Shown here piece by piece: positions 59,887 through 64,000 of a DNA stretch of 64,000 bases. The notes under the pieces were generated by a model, which worked only from the letters and a program-made list of their open reading frames with translations, had not been told where the DNA came from and did not search any database. Within the stretch, counting starts at the first letter, position 1, and every line of letters starts with the position of its first letter. The stretch is from NCBI GenBank assembly GCA_963774045.1, contig CAVZED010000033.1, positions 64,379 to 128,378 on the forward strand. Direction: 5' to 3'. The position numbers and the translations under genes are program-made. The stretch comes from an uncultured Pseudomonadota bacterium (GTDB lineage Bacteria; Pseudomonadota; Gammaproteobacteria; Steroidobacterales; Steroidobacteraceae).

Positions 59887-60779
59887 GCGCGAAGAACAAA
59901 GAGAAAGAGAAGGACAAGCCGGATACCGGCGCGAGCGGCCGGTGGCTGCGGAAGCTGTCGCGCTCGTTCGGCGGTGAGGCGCAGGATCGCAGCGAGGTCG
60001 TCGAGTACCTGCGCGAGGCGGCGCAGCGTGGCGTGGTCGAGGGCGACGCGCTCGTCATGCTCGAAGGCGTGCTGGGTGTCGCCGACATCCAGGTGCGCGA
60101 CATCATGGTGCCGCGCGCGCAGATGACGTTTCTCAACCGCGACGATGAGAGCGAAGTGCTGCTCAAGACGGTGGTCGACAGCGGACACTCGCGCTTTCCG
60201 GTCATGGACGAGGATCGCGAGAAAATCGTCGGCATCCTGCTCGCGAAGGACCTCCTGCGCATCGCCGCCTCCAGCGCGGACGCATCCTTCGACATCAAGG
60301 AATTCATGCGACCGCCGGTGTTCGTGCCGGAGTCGAAGCGGCTCAACGTCCTGTTGCGCGAGATGCGCCGCTCGCGCGTGCACATGGCCATCGTCGCGGA
60401 CGAATATGGCGGCATCGCCGGCCTCGTCACCATCGAGGACGTGATCGAGCAGATCGTCGGCGACATCGACGACGAGCACGACATCGACGAGGAACAGAAC
60501 ATCCGCAAGGACGGCGAGCGCCAGTACATCGTGCGCGGCCAGACGCCGATCGACGAATTCAACGAGTACTTCGAAACCGACCTGTCGGACGACGAGTTCG
60601 ACACCGTGGCCGGGCTCGTGATGAAACAGCTCGGGCGCCTGCCGCGCCGCGGCGAGACCCTGCAGCTCGCGGATTGCGAGTTGAAGGTGCTGCGCTTCGA
60701 CCGGCGCCGCATCGACACGCTGCGACTGACCGCTTCGCGCGACATCATTCCGCCTGAAGACCGGCCGCTGGCCGAATGA
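59883..60779 (+). CDS. corC: CBS/CorC_HlyC domain protein
   Basis: GTG start overlaps the ybeY stop. There is a CBS pair (VRDIMVPRAQM...) and a CorC C-terminal domain. Confidence 0.85.
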   Translation: MSAKNKEKEKDKPDTGASGRWLRKLSRSFGGEAQDRSEVVEYLREAAQRGVVEGDALVMLEGVLGVADIQVRDIMVPRAQMTFLNRDDESEVLLKTVVDSGHSRFPVMDEDREKIVGILLAKDLLRIAASSADASFDIKEFMRPPVFVPESKRLNVLLREMRRSRVHMAIVADEYGGIAGLVTIEDVIEQIVGDIDDEHDIDEEQNIRKDGERQYIVRGQTPIDEFNEYFETDLSDDEFDTVAGLVMKQLGRLPRRGETLQLADCELKVLRFDRRRIDTLRLTASRDIIPPEDRPLAE

Positions 60780-62290
60780 ACCTGCGCGCATTCATCGAAC
60801 GCCGTTACGTCGGCAGCAGCGCCGCGTTCGCTGCCGGTGCACTGTTCACGTTCTCGTTCGCGCCACTCAACCTCTGGCCGTTCGCCATCCTCATGCCCGC
60901 GTTGCTGATGTGGCTGTGGCAGGGCGCGGCGCCGAAACGTGCCGGCTGGCTGGGTTTCTGGTTCAACGCCGGCACGTTTTCGGTCGGCACCTACTGGCTG
61001 TACATCAGCCTCAAGCTCATCGGCGGCGCGCCGCTCGTGCTCGCGCTCTTTCTCATGGCGGCCATGGTCTGCATCATGGGCGCCTATCATTTCCTGGTCG
61101 GCTGGCTGGTGGCGAAGCTTCCTGCCGCAGCACGGTGCGCTGCGCTGGCTGGTGGGAATTCCCGGCGGTGTGGTTGCTCGTCGAGTGGTTGCGCAGCTGG
61201 TTCCTCTCGGGATTCGGCTGGCTGGCGCTCGGTTACTCGCAGACCGACACGTGGCTCGGAAATCTCGCGCCGGTCATCGGCCAGTTCGGCATCGGCCTGC
61301 TCGTGCTGGTGCTCGCGGGCGCGTTGCTCACGATCCTGCTCGGCGACAGGCGCGAGCGCGTCGTCGCCGGCGCGGTGTTCGCGATCGTCTGGGCGGCGGG
61401 ATATGGTGCGGCAGGCATCGAGTGGACACAGCCCTTCGGCCGGCCGATCACCGTGGCGGCGGTCCAGGGCGCGGTTCCGCAGGACGAGAAGTGGATCGGC
61501 GAGAACCTCGACGACAATCGTCGAGCTATACGCGCGAATGACGCGCGAGGCCTATGGCGCGGATCTCATCGTCTGGCCGGAATCCGCGGCGCCGGCCTTG
61601 TTCAACGACATGGTCCCTTTCTACGACGAGTTGTACCCCAGGCCAGCATGCACGGCACGGCGCTGTTGTTGGGCGCGCTGCGCGAAGAGCGAGGGCAATT
61701 ACTACAACTCCGTGCTCGCGCTCGATCCGGGCGCGCGCAAGCCGGGCTGGTACGACAAGCATCACCTCGTGCCGTTCACCGAGTTTTTCCCCGTGCCGCA
61801 GTTCGTGCGCAGCTGGCTGCGCCTCATGAGCCTGCCGTACGCGGACTTCACCCACGGCGCCGCCGACCAGGAGCCGCTCGAGGTGGCGGGGCAGCGGGTG
61901 TCGGTCGGCATCTGTTACGAGGATGCGTACGGATCCTCCCAGCTCCATGCGCTCGAGACCGCGACGCTGCTGGTCAACGTGACCAACGACGCGTGGTTCG
62001 GAAAATCGAGCGCGCGTTACCAGCACCTGCAGATCTCGCGCATGCGCGCCATGGAGGCCGACCGCCCCATGATCCGGGTCGCGAGCAACGGCGTGACGGC
62101 GGCCATCGACGAGCGCGGGCGGGTGATCGCGCGGGCGCCGGAATATGAAGCAAATGTAATGCGGGTCACGGTGCAGCCGCGCACCGGGCTCACCCCTTAC
62201 GCGCGCACCGGAAACTGGCCGGTTGTGATCCTGGCCCTTGTTTTAGGCCTCCTGAGCGCTTATCTGGGGCGTTCGCGAAAATCTGCCTGA
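60776..62290 (+). pseudogene. lnt: apolipoprotein N-acyltransferase, about 4 frame changes between 61130 and 61680
   Basis: The N-terminal TM part and the C-terminal nitrilase-like part (ADLIVWPESA...ICYEDAY...TNDAWFG) are in ORF 60776... The middle part (VEWLRSWFLSGFGWLALGYSQ...VAAVQGAVPQDEKW) is in ORF 60910... Confidence 0.85.
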
Positions 62291-62376
62291 GGTTCGAGCC
62301 CATGAACTTCGCCAAATCCGGCCGGTCTATTCCGGCATCGTCGTCCCAGAACACCATGCATCGAGGGTTCGCTGAT

Positions 62377-63879
62377 ATGTCGTTATTCGTTGCGAAACGC
62401 CTTGCCGGCGTCGCGATCGTTGCCTTTGCGGTATGCGCCTGCTCACCCCAGTCTTCCGTTGCGGCCGCGCCCCAGTCCGATTCGAAGATGGCCGATTCGC
62501 AGCCCGCGCCCGTCGCGGCGCCCGCGCAGTCTCCGTCTTCGCCCCAGCCGGTCGGCACCCTGAATGGCCGGGTGTTGCCGGATTTCGCCACGCTCGTCGA
62601 GCAGGTCGGTCCCGCCGTCGTGAACGTGTCGGTCGTCGAGAAGGCGCAGCGCGCCAGCGGCCGCAACGGCCCGCAGGACGAACAGGTCGAGGAATTCTTC
62701 CGCCGTTTCGGGTTGCCCAGCCCGCGTGGTGACGGCAACACGCCGCAGCGCCAGGGTGAAGGCTCGGGCTTCATCGTGAGCGCCGATGGCTACATCCTCA
62801 CGAACGCGCACGTGGTCGCGGACGCGGATGAAGTCACGGTGCGCATGACGGATCGCCGCGAATACGCCGCGAAGGTCGTCGGCGTGGATCGTCGCACCGA
62901 CGTCGCCGTCATCAAGATCGAGGGCAAACAACTTCCGGTGGTGAAGCTCGGCGATCCGTCGAAGCTGCGTCCCGGTGAATGGGTGCTCGCCATCGGTTCG
63001 CCGTTCACGTTCGAGAACAGCGTGACCGCGGGCATCGTCAGCGCGACGGGCCGTGCCATGCCCGGTGAAGATCTCGTGCCGTTCATCCAGACGGACGTGG
63101 CCGTGAACCCGGGCAACTCCGGCGGACCGCTGTTCAACCTCAACGGCGAAGTGGTCGGCATCAATTCGCAGATCTACAGCCGCAGCGGCGGCTACATGGG
63201 CCTGTCGTTCGCCATCCCGATCGACGTGGCCAACAACGTGCGCCAGCAGCTCGTGTCCACCGGCAAGGTGACGCGCGGCCGCATCGGCGTGCAGATCCAG
63301 GAAGTGAACGCGCAGATTGCCGAGGCCTTTGGAGTCGACCGCCCGCGTGGCGCGCTCGTCGGCCAGGTCCTCGAAGGTGGCCCGGCCGAGAAGGCGGGCA
63401 TCAAGACCGGTGACGTGATCCTCTCGGTCGACGGCAAGGTCGTCGAGCGTTCCGCGCAGTTGCCGGGCGTCATCTCCGCCATCAAGCCGGGAGACGCCGC
63501 GAAGATCGAAGTGTGGCGCGACGGGGCGCCGAAGGTCGTCAGCGTGAAGGTCGAGGAGTTCCAGGAAGAGGCCCGGAAGGTCGCGAACCGCGACGTCGAG
63601 GAACCGGCCAAGGCCGACAAGCTCGGACTGTCCGTGCGACCGCTCGGCGCCGACGAGCGCCGCAACGCCGAGACCGAGGGCTATCTACTCGTCGAGGACG
63701 TGACGGGCCCGGCGGCGCAGGCCGGCGTGCGTCCCGGTGACGTCATCCTGGGCGTGAACGGCAAGCCGGTGAAGTCGCTGGCGGAGCTCAAGACCGCGAC
63801 CTCGAACGGCTCCAAGACGGTCGCCATCCTGCTCGAGCGCGAGGGCGCGCAGCTGTTCCTGCCCATCCGCATCAGCTAG
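62377..63879 (+). CDS. DegP/DegQ/MucD-family periplasmic serine endoprotease with two PDZ domains
   Basis: Signal peptide from MSLFVAKRLAGVAIVAF. Catalytic residues in TNAHVV, DVAVIK and GNSGGPLF. The ORF is open from 62302. Confidence 0.85.
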   Translation: MSLFVAKRLAGVAIVAFAVCACSPQSSVAAAPQSDSKMADSQPAPVAAPAQSPSSPQPVGTLNGRVLPDFATLVEQVGPAVVNVSVVEKAQRASGRNGPQDEQVEEFFRRFGLPSPRGDGNTPQRQGEGSGFIVSADGYILTNAHVVADADEVTVRMTDRREYAAKVVGVDRRTDVAVIKIEGKQLPVVKLGDPSKLRPGEWVLAIGSPFTFENSVTAGIVSATGRAMPGEDLVPFIQTDVAVNPGNSGGPLFNLNGEVVGINSQIYSRSGGYMGLSFAIPIDVANNVRQQLVSTGKVTRGRIGVQIQEVNAQIAEAFGVDRPRGALVGQVLEGGPAEKAGIKTGDVILSVDGKVVERSAQLPGVISAIKPGDAAKIEVWRDGAPKVVSVKVEEFQEEARKVANRDVEEPAKADKLGLSVRPLGADERRNAETEGYLLVEDVTGPAAQAGVRPGDVILGVNGKPVKSLAELKTATSNGSKTVAILLEREGAQLFLPIRIS

Positions 63880-63922
63880 GCGGATCCGCCGAACCGGTTT
63901 CCGTTGATAGGTGAGACCAGGA

Positions 63923-63955
63923 GGGCGTCCGGGGAAAACCCCGGGCGCCCTTTTT
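63923..63955 (+). terminator. rho-independent terminator
   Basis: gggcgtccgggg, loop aaaa, ccccgggcgccc, followed by ttttt. Confidence 0.65.
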
Positions 63956-64000
63956 CATTGGTGGGGTGCGCGCGGCAGCGGTTTCAACGCCGATTTCGCT

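Overview
This is a GC-rich (visually about 65%) bacterial chromosomal segment. The gene content suggests a plant- or algal-polysaccharide-degrading gammaproteobacterium, possibly Xanthomonadales-like, but that is inference only. No rRNA, tRNA, CRISPR array, transposase or integrase was seen.

Content in order:
- 5' region: a TPR protein, pepQ, a GNAT acetyltransferase and ggt.
- Secreted glycan enzymes: a clan GH-A-like hydrolase and a PL3 pectate lyase.
- A minus-strand string: ICMT-like methyltransferase, BNR propeller, HisKA-only mini-protein, alpha/beta hydrolase and uvrA.
- A carbohydrate locus (19-31 kb): GH16, a TonB-dependent receptor, a tightly packed operon of Trp-halogenase-family / SapC / JmjC-cupin / Trp-halogenase-family genes, a LacI regulator and an MFS sugar porter.
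- A GMC flavoprotein pair, a ccdAB toxin-antitoxin pair and a GH105 gene.
- A translationally coupled IclR-fucP-aldo/keto reductase-lactonase-SDR operon, probably for oxidative L-fucose catabolism.
- A second TonB receptor, a third halogenase-family gene and a PA14-containing GH31.
- zwf, then a Fiu/PiuC-type iron-uptake pair.
- ssb, an ECF sigma pair, miaB-ybeZ-ybeY-corC-lnt and a DegP-family protease.

The most interesting element is the functionally unexplained halogenase-SapC-cupin-halogenase module embedded in TonB-receptor glycan loci. A second, degraded copy of the receptor+halogenase pairing lies 20 kb away, and a conserved ~45-bp non-coding block is shared by two divergent promoter regions.

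Many conserved genes, including essential ones (uvrA, ssb, lnt), carry frame changes. These cluster in blocks, and where I inspected them they sit in homopolymer or simple-repeat runs. Sequence error is therefore the leading explanation, and features typed as pseudogene should be read with that caveat.
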